In this document: in pieces, positions 14,225 to 24,650 of the stretch
Position numbering within the stretch: the first letter of the stretch is position 1
Layout of the letters: each line of letters opens with the position of its first letter
DNA from: an uncultured Verrucomicrobiae bacterium
GTDB lineage: Bacteria; Verrucomicrobiota; Verrucomicrobiia; Chthoniobacterales; JAATET01
DNA: 64,000 nt
Assembly (NCBI GenBank): GCA_963719495.1
Contig: CAVRCI010000014.1
Span: forward strand, 166,575 to 230,574
Direction of reading: 5' to 3'
Program-made: the position numbers and the translations under genes
The notes under the pieces: model-generated
Database searches by the model: none
What the model was told of the DNA's origin: nothing
Seen by the model: only the letters and a program-made list of their open reading frames with translations

Positions 14225-15585
14225 TCATGCGGCGAGGGGGAGCGTGTCGTTCTCAGCGGCGCGTGAGTTGAGGCGGTATTTCCAGAACGAGTTCGTTCTG
14301 CGGCTGGCATGGATGCACCGGAAGGCGAGGACTTTGTCCGCGCCAGGCTCGCCCCAGAACATGCCCGATTGCTTGCATCGCTTTCCGATGAGTGAGCGGC
14401 AGCCGGCTTCGACGACTCCGGAGCCGATGAAGTATTTTCTGGCCCGGAAGGTTCCGTATTGCATGCGCGGGATGTTGTTCACGAAGTAGCCCAAAGTGGT
14501 TTCCACCTGTGCCACATTGCCGCGAAGGAGGGCTTCCTGGCGCGCCTGCTTGATGATGCGCTCGACCCCGTCGTGAGCGAGGAGTTTTTTCCAGTGATGT
14601 CTGCGGCGCTTGTTGCGGGCCTGCTCCGCTTTGCCCCAGAGGGTTTCGATCAGGGTCTGGAGGTGTTCCATGGCGTGGTAGAAGTCCACGATTTGGACGG
14701 CATCCGGAAAGTAATCGTGCCCGAGTTTTTCCAAGCCGGGGGCTCCGTCGATGAGCAGGACGGTTTCCGGGGCCGAGAACAAGCCGCGCCGAATGGCCTC
14801 GCGACGCAGGCTGATTCCAAAGTCCGAGGGGCTCTGGAAGGCGGAGAGGTAGGTGGTGGAGTCGTGGTCGCGCAGGGGGCGACCTTGGTCATCTTCTTTG
14901 GTCTGGGTGAAGACGCAACCGAGCGTGGCCATGCGGGTTTTGGCTTTTGCGTCGGGGGCTTTGCCTTTGCGGCCAGCGAGCTCTTCCCGGCGCATGGGCA
15001 CTCCGGTGGCGTCCGCGCTGACGTAGAGGATCCTGGCCTCGCAGGGGCCGGGGGCCGATTCTCGTTTTTGCCACGCCACGGCGCACTCGCCCGTGCGGCC
15101 AACCACACGCTGGATCTGGCGCTCGGAGACGGAGATGCCGCCAGTTTCCGCGAGGTGGAAGCAAGCCTGCTGGAAGCTGCTTTCATCCGCTCCCTCCAAG
15201 CAGATGAGCCGGGCCAGGGCGGGGGTGTAGGCCCCTTCCAGACCGAGGGCCGAATCGGCCGGGAAGTGGCCGCATTTTTTCCCGGGATGGTAGTAGTATT
15301 GGCGCAGCAGCGCGAAGGAGCCGAACATGCCCTGGACCATGAGAACCTCGCGCCCCTTGGCTTGTTCGCCGGGCTTGGGGAGGTAGGCCGCGTCAATGCG
15401 CTCGGCGGCTTGCTGCAGGAGCATGGCCACCAGTTCGTTGGCTGGTTTGAAGATGGCTGTGCGCACGAGGACTTCCAACTCGGCGACGGCAGTTCCGGCT
15501 GGCTCTTTGCTGCGGAACGCGGCGATCAGGTCTTGGATTTCCGCTTCCTGGGCGAGGCAGATGTTTGGGTCGGGCGTTTTTTTTT
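14225..15585 (-). CDS. ISKra4-like transposase, catalytic ORF (probably joined to upstream ORF by -1 frameshift)
   Basis: ADATG, IDGA, DFYHA, IGSGVVEA motifs; frame stays open up to the A9 run at 15577-15585. Confidence 0.85.
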
Positions 15586-15867
15586 AGCCCCGGCCTTGCG
15601 ATCCTGCCTGCTCTGCGCGGTGATCAAGTCCGCATACTCGCCGACAAGAGACTGGAAGCGATGATGGGCATCAATGTTCTCCTGGGCTTGGGCCACCTGA
15701 TCGGCCGGGACGTATTCGGTCACGTTTCGCCCACCCTCCCTACGCTGGAGATTGAAGTAAGATCCGCTCTGGCCTTGACGGATCACCGAGAGCTTTCCTC
15801 GCTCCATGCGGTCGATGGCCGCGATTTGATCAAGGATGGCACGAGGTGCGGTATTTGGGTTCATCAA
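15526..15867 (-). CDS. IS ORF A (transposase N-terminal part)
   Basis: 113 aa inside the TIRs; GCT AAA AAA AAA C slippery site overlaps ORF B. Confidence 0.75.
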   Translation of the reverse strand: MMNPNTAPRAILDQIAAIDRMERGKLSVIRQGQSGSYFNLQRREGGRNVTEYVPADQVAQAQENIDAHHRFQSLVGEYADLITAQSRQDRKAGAKKKRPTQTSASPRKRKSKT

Positions 15868-16323
15868 TCAAACGTATATGTAAACGCATATACTTTGGCA
15901 GTAAAAATACCTCGCTGAAATGCTTTTTCAGAGATTTTTGTCCTGCACCCGATCCGGATGGAGGTCGCGGCGGAAGGTGTCGGCGTGCTCCGGGCCGAAG
16001 TCGGCCTCGATGCCGCGCAGGGCGAGATTCATCACGGCGAGGCGGCGGGTGGTGGCGTTGCTCTCCTGGCCGTAGATGCTGATGTCGCCGAGCTTGCCGC
16101 CGTGGGATTCGACGAATTTTTCCGACTGGACGAACATTCCGCCGGAGCCGCAGGCGGGGTCGTAGATGCGGCCCTGGTAGGGGGCAAGCATCTCGACGAG
16201 GCAGCGCACGACGCAGGACGGGGTGTAGAACTGGCCGCCGTTCTTTCCTTCAGCACTCGCAAAGCGGGTGAGGAAATACTCATAGACGCGGCCGAGCAGA
16301 TCTACCGATCTGTGGGTCGGTCT

Positions 16324-16414
16324 ACCCTCACCCCCGGCCCCTCTCCCAGAGGTAGAGGGGAGACCGGTTTCTTCGCTCCCTTCTCCCGCTGGGAGAAGGG
16401 TTGGGGATGAGGGT
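16324..16414. repeat. REP-like double hairpin inserted in frame in hsdM
   Basis: ACCCTCACCCCCGGCCCCTCTCCC...CCCTTCTCCC-GCT-GGGAGAAGGG...GATGAGGGT; encodes [12 protein letters not shown]...SGRGAGGEG. Confidence 0.8.
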
Positions 16415-16992
16415 TGATTTGACGCGATGAGTTCAATCGTCGCGATCAAATCAATAAGTTCGCCGAGGCGCTGTTTGTCGAGGCCGGGGCGGGCGTAGTC
16501 CTTGGGGAGGACGCCTTTGAGGCGCGGGTTGTCGCGCTCGATGGCGACCATGGCGTCGTCCACGGTCTTGCCGATGGTGGGAAGTTTGGCCGACCCCTGA
16601 AGGTGGGACCAGCGGGCATCGGCGGGCACCCAGAAGACGTTCTCGGCTTTGTATTCGTCGGGATCTTCCGGGTTCGCTCCTTGGTAGTCCCCTTCGCCGG
16701 CGAGGAGCTTGGCGCGGTGCTCCTCGAAGGTGTCGGAGATGTATTTGAGGAAGATGAGGCCGAGGACGACGTGCTTGTATTCCGCCGCGTCCATGTTGTT
16801 GCGCAGCTTATCGGCAGTGAGCCAGAGCTTCTGTTCGAAGCCGAGGTTGGCGGTGGAGTCTTTGGGGGAGCGGGTCTTCCGGGTTGCTGGCATCGCAAAT
16901 CGGGAATGGTATCGAGGCGTCCGAGGCGGGAGAAGTCATTTGGTGGCAATTCATACCGACGTCCCGAAGGAATCAGACTCTGGGCGAATTGA

Positions 16993-17048
16993 GTGGAATC
17001 GGCTTCCGGTCGATTTATGCTTGGAGATCGGCTGGAAGCCGATGTCAC
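16993..17048. repeat. 56-bp REP-like hairpin, copy 1
   Basis: GTGGAATCGGCTTCC...ATCGGCTGGAAGCCGATGTCAC; second copy at 17580-17635. Confidence 0.8.
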
Positions 17049-17189
17049 AAACGTCGGGATTCGTCTGATTTCTGGGGGACGTTGCCGATGGCGGCGGTGT
17101 TGTCTTTCGCTCGCCGCGTTAGGGCGGTGAGGCCGTTCACACAGGTCATCTTGAGAGGCGTGGATCAAAGGGGGAAATCCAGTCGAAAA

Positions 17190-17435
17190 TCATGGTGTCG
17201 CCCGAAGATCACGGGGCGGCGCGTCCAAGCTCTGGGCTTCGTCCATCTCGTCCGGCTCCGCTTCCGTGAAAGAGGGGCCGTGCTTCTCCAAATACGCGAG
17301 GAGTTCTTGACCGGTGATGCCGCGAGTCGGGAGCTCGGCGCGCCGGACGACGGCGGTGAAGGATTCGCCGGGGCGTTTGGCGCTGCGGAGCTTTTCGTAG
17401 GCGTCGAGTTCCAACGTGATCGTCTTGGTGGCCAT
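17190..17435 (-). CDS. VapB-type (RHH) antitoxin
   Basis: MATKTITLELDAYEKLRSAKRPGESFTAVVRR, typical of the VapB antitoxin family. Confidence 0.8.
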   Translation of the reverse strand: MATKTITLELDAYEKLRSAKRPGESFTAVVRRAELPTRGITGQELLAYLEKHGPSFTEAEPDEMDEAQSLDAPPRDLRATP

Positions 17436-17579
17436 GCACGAATCGTGCACGAAATGGGGTGATTTCGCAATCGACGGTGTGGTGGGCGGCTTTGCGTGGC
17501 TGGTGATTGAAAGGGGTCCAAAGCGTATTGGGCCAGCTTATGCCACCATCTCCAACAAAGTTGACTTTGCTCGGATCAA

Positions 17580-17635
17580 GTAGAATCGGCTTCCAGCCGA
17601 TTGAGGTTGGTTTATCGGCTGGAAGCCGATGTCAC
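17580..17635. repeat. 56-bp REP-like hairpin, copy 2
   Basis: GTAGAATCGGCTTCCAGCCGAT...ATCGGCTGGAAGCCGATGTCAC. Confidence 0.8.
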
Positions 17636-19666
17636 GAACTTCGGAATTTGTTTAATTTCACACGCGTCAATGGGTTCGGCGGTTCCACTCAGAATCGACT
17701 TTGATGGAGCGCGGGTGAGGAAGCCAGAGATGCTTCGCTTCGCTCAGCATGACAGGGTGGGGATTTTGGACGACGCGTCCGGCCTTGCCGGTCGAGCGAT
17801 TGAAAGCTCGGACGCCGTTCGTTGTGGCGGCTCCGCCTTCACCCATAATCTAAACTCAGGAGCTTTGGGCTCTCTGCCTCAGCGGGGATATTCTCATTTG
17901 CAGCGGGATGGAAAGTGGCTCGCTTCGCTCGGTTTTGGAACGGGCACCGGGCTGGAAGCCCGGCGCGACAGGCAGGATGCCTGTTTTCCCCATCCCCTCC
18001 TTTATGGGAGGGGGTAGTATTTTTCCCAGAAGCCTTCGCGGGTTAGCTTGGGGAACTTGGCGGCGGTTTCTTCGGGGACTTGGAGCGGGACGCCGATGAT
18101 GAGGTCGGGGTAGACGTTGCCGAGCGGGCCGACGAAGGGGCCGGTCGCACTGAGGCGTTGGGCCAGGTCGGTGCCGGGGAGGACGGTGCCGACGAGGTCG
18201 GCGGGGGGGACGACGGTGCCGTCGGGGAGGGCGTTGCGGACGGCGTGGGCCTGGAGGGCGGCTTCGAGGGTGCGGAGTTCTTCGAGGGTGGCGTCGGCTT
18301 TGCCTCGTTCGAGGGCTTGGTTGATGGCGGGGACGGCGGTGCCGGCCAGGAGGGCGGTGGGGATGAGCGCGAGGGTGGCCACGACTTGCTCGGTGCCTTG
18401 GCTGGAGTAGGTGACGGCGTGGAGGCCGTCGGCTTTGAGCCGGGTGACGGAATAGAGGAATTTCTGCGAGTAGACGTCGGTGAATTCGGTCAGGAGATCG
18501 CGGGTGGCGGGTGCTTCCGCCGGGTCGCCGGGGGCGGAGATCATTTGGATCTCGCGGAGGATGTCGGCTCCTCGCTCGGAGAGGTAGGTGAAGGCGTTGC
18601 CTTCCGGCGGCTCCATTTTGCTGAATCGCTGGAAGGTGGGGTCGTCGCGGAGGAGGGGTGGGGGATTTTCGCCGACTCGGGCGAGGTTGCGGACGAGGTC
18701 GGGGGTGGTGGCGATGACGAGATACTCGCCGAATCGGGCGACGGTGGGGGCGAGTCCGAGGCCGAAGTCGGGGGTGGCGATGGTGGTCATTCGGAGGCCG
18801 TCGGCGTCGGTCTTCGTGAAGGGCATGGTGGCCGCGAGGAAGGGTTCGGCGCGGGCGATGAGGGCGTCGTGGAGGCGGTCGTCGGTGACGTGGATGAGGA
18901 TGGCGGCGGCGGACGCGGGAATTTCCTTGGTCAGGCCGGGGAGAGGGAGGGTCATCGTGGCGGTGGGGTCGGCGGTGATGACGACACCGAATTCGTTGCC
19001 GAGGGCGGCCAGGAATTCTTTGACGCTCATGCCGAGGGCGGCTCCGGCGGTGGCGGGAAGGAGCTGGGCCTGGGCGCGCATTTGGGCGCTGGGAAGTCCT
19101 TCGATGAGTTCGTTGATGAAGGTCCAGATGGTGTCGGGTTCGAAGTCGGTGAAGCTGGCGTAGGCGGTGGTGGCGGTGAGGAAGTCGAGGGCGGTGAAGG
19201 GGTGCGGGGCGGGTTGGCCGCCGAGACGCCAGAGGAGGCCGCGGTCGGGCGCGTCGCCGCTGTAGAAGATGAACTTCGAGCGGACGAGGCCGGGTTCGAG
19301 GGTGAGGATGCTCCAACCGATGGCGCGGAGGTCGGTGACGCCGCTTTCGAGGACGGTCTTTTTTACGAGGCCGAACCAGGCGTCGAAGTCTTCGGGGGTG
19401 ATCTCGACGGAATTTTCCTGGAGAGCGGCCAGGAGGGTGGGCTCGAGGCGGTCGAGTTCGGCGGGGAGGCGGCCGAGGATTTGTTCGGTGCGGAGGTAGG
19501 CGTAGAAGTCGCCGCCTGGGTCGAGGGAAGCGGCGACGGCTTCGAAGGTGGCGGCGGAGGCGGGGTTGGGTGGGGTGGTGGTGGTTTTTGCCGCTGGCTG
19601 GTTGGTTTCCGGCGGGGGTGTCGAGGTGGGTTGTTTTTGGTCGCAGGCGGTTAGGGTGATGAGGGC

Positions 19667-20929
19667 CAGGGCCGACGCATCAAAAAAGATCGCGATGGAG
19701 GAAGTTTGGGCTGGTACTATATTTTCCCGTGCGTAGATGGAGGAGATGCCCGAAACGCATCCCATCCAAAAAAGCCTGATCGAAGAGTTCAAACGCATAG
19801 AAGATCCGCGAGTATCGCGCACTCGCTACCATGAGTTGAGCGACATTCTAGTGATCGCGATCTCGACGCTTTTGTGCGCGGGCACGTCTTTCTACGACAT
19901 GGAAGAGTTCGGTCGGGCCAAGGAAAAATGGTTCCGAACGTTTCTGAAGTTGCCCAACGGCATCCCCAGCCACGACACGTTCAATCGCGTGTTTTCGCTG
20001 ATCAATCCGGCGAGTTTTCACGAGTGCTTCATGAGGTGGACGCAGAGCGTGCGCGAACACATCGACCGGGAAATCGTCGCCGTCGACGGCAAAGCCCTCC
20101 GCGCAGCCTGCCAGGACGGCGGGAATGTGCGCTTCATCGTCAATGCTTGGGCAACCAGCAATCGACTTGTCCTGGGGCAGCTCGAAGTGCCCGACAAAAC
20201 CAACGAAATCACGGCGGTTCCCACGCTGCTGCGAGCGTTGGAACTGCGTGGCTGCATCGTGAGCACCGACGCGATGGGGTGCCAGAAAGAGATCGCCCGA
20301 GAAATCATCGAGGCCGACGCCGATTACGTTCTCGCTCTCAAAGGCAATCACCAAACCGTCCATGAGGAAGTCAAAAGCTTCCTCGATGCCGAATTTGATC
20401 GCGAGCTCCAGAGCCCTCCAGTGCCCAAACCATCCACGAAGAAACCACCAAGCGCTCCCACTTTCGCATTCCTGGAAACCGTCGACAAAGGCCACGGGCG
20501 CTTGGAAATCCGGCGCTATTTCCAAAGCGTCGCCATCGACTGGTTCGCAGACATCAGCCAATGGGAAGGGCTGCAGAGCGTCGGAATGGTCGAATCCAGC
20601 CGCGAAATCAAAGGTCAAATCAGCGTGGAAAGACGCTACTTCCTGAGCAGCCTGCCCCTCGACGTCGGACTTTTCGCTCAAGCCGTCCGTGGACATTGGG
20701 GCGTGGAAAACTCCTGCCACTGGGTCTTGGACGTCATCCTGCGCGAAGATGGTTCCCGCGCCCGAACCGCTCACGCCGCCGAGAATCTCGCCACCCTGCG
20801 CCGCCTCGCCCTAAACCTGCTCTCTCGCGAAAAGTCCAAAAAACGCAGCATCAAGACCAAACAACTCGTCGCAGCCTGGGATCACGACTTCCTCCTGCAC
20901 CTCCTCAATTTTTAGATGCGTCGGCCCTG
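19667..20929 (+). mobile_element. ISAs1 family insertion sequence (1263 bp)
   Basis: TIR CAGGGCCGACGCATC at both ends; 10-bp TSD TGATGAGGGC at 19657-19666 and 20930-20939. Confidence 0.95.
19737..20915 (+). CDS. ISAs1 family transposase
   Basis: GIPSHDTF, AVDGK, DAMGCQ, LKGNH, HWGVENSCHWVLDV motifs. Confidence 0.95.
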   Translation: MEEMPETHPIQKSLIEEFKRIEDPRVSRTRYHELSDILVIAISTLLCAGTSFYDMEEFGRAKEKWFRTFLKLPNGIPSHDTFNRVFSLINPASFHECFMRWTQSVREHIDREIVAVDGKALRAACQDGGNVRFIVNAWATSNRLVLGQLEVPDKTNEITAVPTLLRALELRGCIVSTDAMGCQKEIAREIIEADADYVLALKGNHQTVHEEVKSFLDAEFDRELQSPPVPKPSTKKPPSAPTFAFLETVDKGHGRLEIRRYFQSVAIDWFADISQWEGLQSVGMVESSREIKGQISVERRYFLSSLPLDVGLFAQAVRGHWGVENSCHWVLDVILREDGSRARTAHAAENLATLRRLALNLLSREKSKKRSIKTKQLVAAWDHDFLLHLLNF

Positions 20930-21189
20930 TGATGAGGGCTGTTGCCAGGAGGAGGGTTTGGGGTTTCATGGGCTTGCTGGTGAGATGAAGGTTTGAGGCT
21001 TTGCCTTCGAGTTGGTGCGGCGATTGGAAATCGCCGCTCCTTGAAGTTCGGCTCCTCGGCTTCGCCGAGGTTGCCGGACTTCGGCAACTGGAAGGTGCCG
21101 CTCCTTGGTTGCTTCGGCTCGCTTCGCATTGCCGGGCTTGATGCGGCGGGACGCCGCATCTCGCACGCGGGACGCGTGCGTTCCCCGGC

Positions 21190-22995
21190 TTAGCGGGTTT
21201 TTTCTGTCAGGTAGGTTGGGAGGTCTTCGATTTTGATGCGTTCCTGGGCCATGGTGTCGCGGTGGCGGAGGGTGACGGTGCCTTCGTGCTCCGGCCCGTT
21301 TTCGCCGATGGTGTCGAAGTCGATGGTGACGCCGAAGGGGGTGCCGGCTTCGTCCTGGCGGCGGTAACGGCGGCCGATGGCGCCGGTTTCGTCGTAGAAG
21401 ATGTTCATGATGGGGCGCAGGAGGGCGGCGACTTCTTTGGCTTTGGCCACGAGGTCGGGCTTGTTCTTGAGCAGCGGGAAGACGCCGCATTTGATGGGGG
21501 CGACGCGGGGGTGGAATCGGAGGACGGTGCGGGTCTCGGATTTGCCTTTGTCGTCGGTGATGGTCTCTTCGTCGTAGGCGGTGGCAAGTATGGCGAGGGC
21601 GAGGCGGTCGAGTCCGGCGGAGGGTTCGATGACGTGGGGGAGGTAGTTGCCGGCGAAGAGTTGCTGGCAGGCGGCTGTGATTTCTTCGCGGGTGGTGTCG
21701 GAGTTCGACCGGTCTTCGAAGAGGTCGTCGATGAATTCGGACTTTTGGTCTTCGGTGAGGGCGGCGCAGGCGATTTTGAGATCTTCGTCGAAGATGGTGA
21801 GGGGCTTGCCGCTGTGGTGTTGGTGCTGGCGGAGGTCGAAGTCGCCGCGGGCGGCGATCCCTTCGAGTTCGTCGGTGCCGAACGGAAATTTGAAGAGGAT
21901 GTCGACGGTGGCGCGGGCGTAGTGGGCGAGCTCGTCGGGGGTCTGCCAGGCGTAGTCGAGGACGTCGGCGCCGAGGCCGATGGACTCGTAGTAGGCGGTG
22001 CGCTGGGCGACCCAGTAGCGGTGCCACATGTCCCAGCCCCAGGTGGGTTTCGGCTCGGAGAGGTCAGCTCCTTCGCGCCAGGTGTCGACGGTGCCGTGCA
22101 GGAGTCGGGTGGCTTCGTCGGGCTTGATGAAGAACTCGAGCTCCATCTGCTCGAATTCGCGGGAACGGAACGTGAAGTTGCGGGGGGTGATCTCGTTGCG
22201 GAAGGCTTTGCCGATCTGGGCGATGCCGAAGGGGACGCGGACTCGCGAGGAGTCGTAGACGTTTTTGAATTGGACGAAGATGGCCTGGGCGGTCTCCGGG
22301 CGGAGGTAGGCCGCGTTGTCGTCCGAGGCGACGGCTCCGTAGTTCGTCTTGAACATGAGGTTGAACGGGCGGGGTTCGGTGAGTTCTCCGCCGCAGAAGG
22401 GGCAGGGCGTGATGAGGCCGGTGGCGGCGAGTTGCTCGGTGGCGAGGTGGAGGTAGAATTCGCGGGCGTCGGCGGGGCGGTTGCCTCGCTCGGCTTCCTG
22501 GACGAGCCAGGCGATCGTGACTTCGGGGTTGCGGACGAGGGCGAGGTTCGGGGCGAGCTGTTTGCCTTTGCCTTTGGCCCATTTGAGGAGGTCGCCGGTG
22601 TGGAATTCGTGACTGCCGGGCGTGACGATCTCGGCGAGGGATTGCGCCCACGGTTGTTCGGCCAGGAGGGACCACCATTGATCGGAACGGGTGAGCTTTT
22701 TGCAATATTTGCAGGTGCTCATGGGGTCGCTGAAGGTGTCGACGTGCCCGCTGGCCTTCCAGACGTCGGGGTGCATGATGATGGTGGCGTCGAGGGGGAG
22801 GACGTCGTCGCGTTCGCGCATCATGGCGTGCCACCAGGTGTCGCGGAGGTTGCGTTTGAGTTCGGCGCCGAGGGGGCCGTAGTCCCAGAAGCCGTTGATG
22901 CCGCCGTAGATCTCGGAGGATTGGAAGATGAAGCCGCGGCGCTTGGCGAGGCTGACGATTTTCTCCATGCGGTCGGGTTGGGTGGCTTTGGACAT
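21190..22995 (-). CDS. glyQS: Glycine--tRNA ligase (homodimeric class II)
   Basis: YLRPETAQ, FRNEITP, REFEQME, VIEPSAG, IGRRYRRQDEAGTP. Confidence 0.95.
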   Translation of the reverse strand: MSKATQPDRMEKIVSLAKRRGFIFQSSEIYGGINGFWDYGPLGAELKRNLRDTWWHAMMRERDDVLPLDATIIMHPDVWKASGHVDTFSDPMSTCKYCKKLTRSDQWWSLLAEQPWAQSLAEIVTPGSHEFHTGDLLKWAKGKGKQLAPNLALVRNPEVTIAWLVQEAERGNRPADAREFYLHLATEQLAATGLITPCPFCGGELTEPRPFNLMFKTNYGAVASDDNAAYLRPETAQAIFVQFKNVYDSSRVRVPFGIAQIGKAFRNEITPRNFTFRSREFEQMELEFFIKPDEATRLLHGTVDTWREGADLSEPKPTWGWDMWHRYWVAQRTAYYESIGLGADVLDYAWQTPDELAHYARATVDILFKFPFGTDELEGIAARGDFDLRQHQHHSGKPLTIFDEDLKIACAALTEDQKSEFIDDLFEDRSNSDTTREEITAACQQLFAGNYLPHVIEPSAGLDRLALAILATAYDEETITDDKGKSETRTVLRFHPRVAPIKCGVFPLLKNKPDLVAKAKEVAALLRPIMNIFYDETGAIGRRYRRQDEAGTPFGVTIDFDTIGENGPEHEGTVTLRHRDTMAQERIKIEDLPTYLTEKTR

Positions 22996-23194
22996 CGGTT
23001 CGTTTTAAATGAGAAATTGGAAATGCGGAATGCGGAATGCGGTGACTTCGACCGCGGGTTTTTTTTCGCGGGGTATCGGGGGTCTTTTTGTTGGGGGGCG
23101 TCAGTTCTTACCAAAAATGGGCGCCCGGCGGCGCGGTTGACCTACCCTTTTTTTGGATGCGCGCTTTGCGCGGGGTGGGTGGTAGGTCTTGACG

Positions 23195-24586
23195 ATGCCT
23201 CTTCACCAGAAACATCCCGCGCCCGCCGATGAGAACGATGACGTCTACGGTTCGACCGATCAGGGTCTGACCGTTCCGAAGGCGAAATTTCCGTTGGAGG
23301 AGCGGGATCCGCGGCACGCTTACCAGGTGGTGCACGATGAGCTGATGCTGGACGGGAACGCGCGGCAGAATCTGGCGACCTTCTGCCAGACGTGGGAGGA
23401 GCCGGAGGTGCATCGGCTGATGGACGAGTGCCTGGACAAGAACATGGTCGACAAGGACGAGTATCCGCAGACGGCGGAGATCGAGGCGCGGTGCGTGCGG
23501 ATGCTGGCGGATCTGTGGAACTCGCCGGCGGCGGTGACGGGGGTGGGGTGCTCGACGACGGGGTCGAGCGAGGCGGCGATGCTGGGTGGCATGGCGATGA
23601 AGCGGCGGTGGGAGGCGAAGCGGAAGGCGGCGGGGCAACCGATCGAGCGGCCAAATCTGGTGACCGGGCCGGTGCAGGTGTGCTGGCACAAATTTGCCCG
23701 GTATTGGGACATCGAGCTGCGGGAGATCCCGATGGAGGAGGGGCGGCTGATCATGACGGCGGAGGAGGCGGTGAAGCGGTGCGACGAGAATACGATTGGC
23801 GTGGTGCCGACGCTGGGCGTGACGTTTACGTGCCAATATGAGCCGGTGGCGGAGGTGGCGGCGGCGCTGGATCGGCTGGAGGCGGAGACGGGGTTGGACG
23901 TGCCGATCCACGTCGACGGGGCGAGCGGGGGATTTTTGGCACCGTTCTGCGCTCCGGAGGTGGTGTGGGATTTTCGGCTGCCGCGGGTGAAGTCGATCAA
24001 CGCGTCGGGTCACAAGTTCGGCCTGTCGCCGCTGGGGGTGGGCTGGATCGTGTGGCGGGAGGAGGCGGATCTGCCGGAGGAGCTGATCTTCTGGGTGAAT
24101 TACCTCGGTGGGAACATGCGGGACATCGCGCTGAATTTCTCGCGGCCGGGCGGGCAGGTGGTGGCTCAGTATTACAACTTCCTGCGGCTGGGCGTGGAGG
24201 GGTATCGGAAGATTCACTCGGCGTGCTACGAGACGGCGCAATTCCTGGCGGTGGAGATCGGGAAGCTGGGGCCGTTCGAGATCATTTACGACGGGCGGAT
24301 GGACGCGGGCATTCCGGCGCTGTGCTGGCATTTGAAGGGCGATCCGGGATTCACGCTTTACGACGTGGCGGATCGGCTGCGATGCCGGGGTTGGCAGGTG
24401 CCGGCCTACACGCTGCCGGCGAATTGCGCGGATCGGACGATTCAGCGGATCCTCGTGCGGCACGGGGTGAGTCGGGATCTGGGCGCGCTGTTGCTCGGTG
24501 ATCTGCGGGATGCTCTGGAGCATCTCGCGAAGCATCCGGTGCGGACGTCGGTCGGGCCGAAGGATGGCGGGGGATTTCACCACTGA
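23195..24586 (+). CDS. gadB: Glutamate decarboxylase
   Basis: [31 protein letters not shown] (PLP lysine), GWQVPAY. Confidence 0.93.
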   Translation: MPLHQKHPAPADENDDVYGSTDQGLTVPKAKFPLEERDPRHAYQVVHDELMLDGNARQNLATFCQTWEEPEVHRLMDECLDKNMVDKDEYPQTAEIEARCVRMLADLWNSPAAVTGVGCSTTGSSEAAMLGGMAMKRRWEAKRKAAGQPIERPNLVTGPVQVCWHKFARYWDIELREIPMEEGRLIMTAEEAVKRCDENTIGVVPTLGVTFTCQYEPVAEVAAALDRLEAETGLDVPIHVDGASGGFLAPFCAPEVVWDFRLPRVKSINASGHKFGLSPLGVGWIVWREEADLPEELIFWVNYLGGNMRDIALNFSRPGGQVVAQYYNFLRLGVEGYRKIHSACYETAQFLAVEIGKLGPFEIIYDGRMDAGIPALCWHLKGDPGFTLYDVADRLRCRGWQVPAYTLPANCADRTIQRILVRHGVSRDLGALLLGDLRDALEHLAKHPVRTSVGPKDGGGFHH

Positions 24587-24650
24587 TTTTGGGTTGCGTC
24601 CCGAGGCGTAGAGGAATGCCCGATGTTTCCGGTTAGGGGTTGACTCCCTC

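Larger units (their letters stand above)
14201..15950 (-). mobile_element. Insertion sequence, ISKra4-like (1750 bp)
   Basis: TIRs GGGTGCAGGACAAAA at both ends; 9-bp TSD GATCCGGAT at 14192-14200 and 15951-15959. Confidence 0.92.
13377..16893 (-). pseudogene. hsdM: Type I R-M methyltransferase subunit M interrupted by IS
   Basis: 5' part 15951-16893 ([14 protein letters not shown]) and 3' part 13377-14200 (NPPF); removing the IS and one TSD restores [18 protein letters not shown]. Confidence 0.95.
18002..20969 (-). pseudogene. Lipoprotein with C-terminal pilin-like domain, interrupted by ISAs1 in its signal peptide
   Basis: Removing the IS restores MKPQTLLLATALITLTAC (lipobox) and a 564-aa ORF; C-terminal LLAGTAVPAINQALERGKADATLEELRTLEAAL pilin-like helix. 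Confidence 0.8.

Noticed and set aside
19667..19822. N-terminus of the 606-aa ORF as native sequence
   Set aside because: Lies inside the ISAs1 element; the native start is at 20969
23195..24586. Complete Gad acid-resistance system
   Set aside because: No gadC antiporter adjacent; only the decarboxylase is supported
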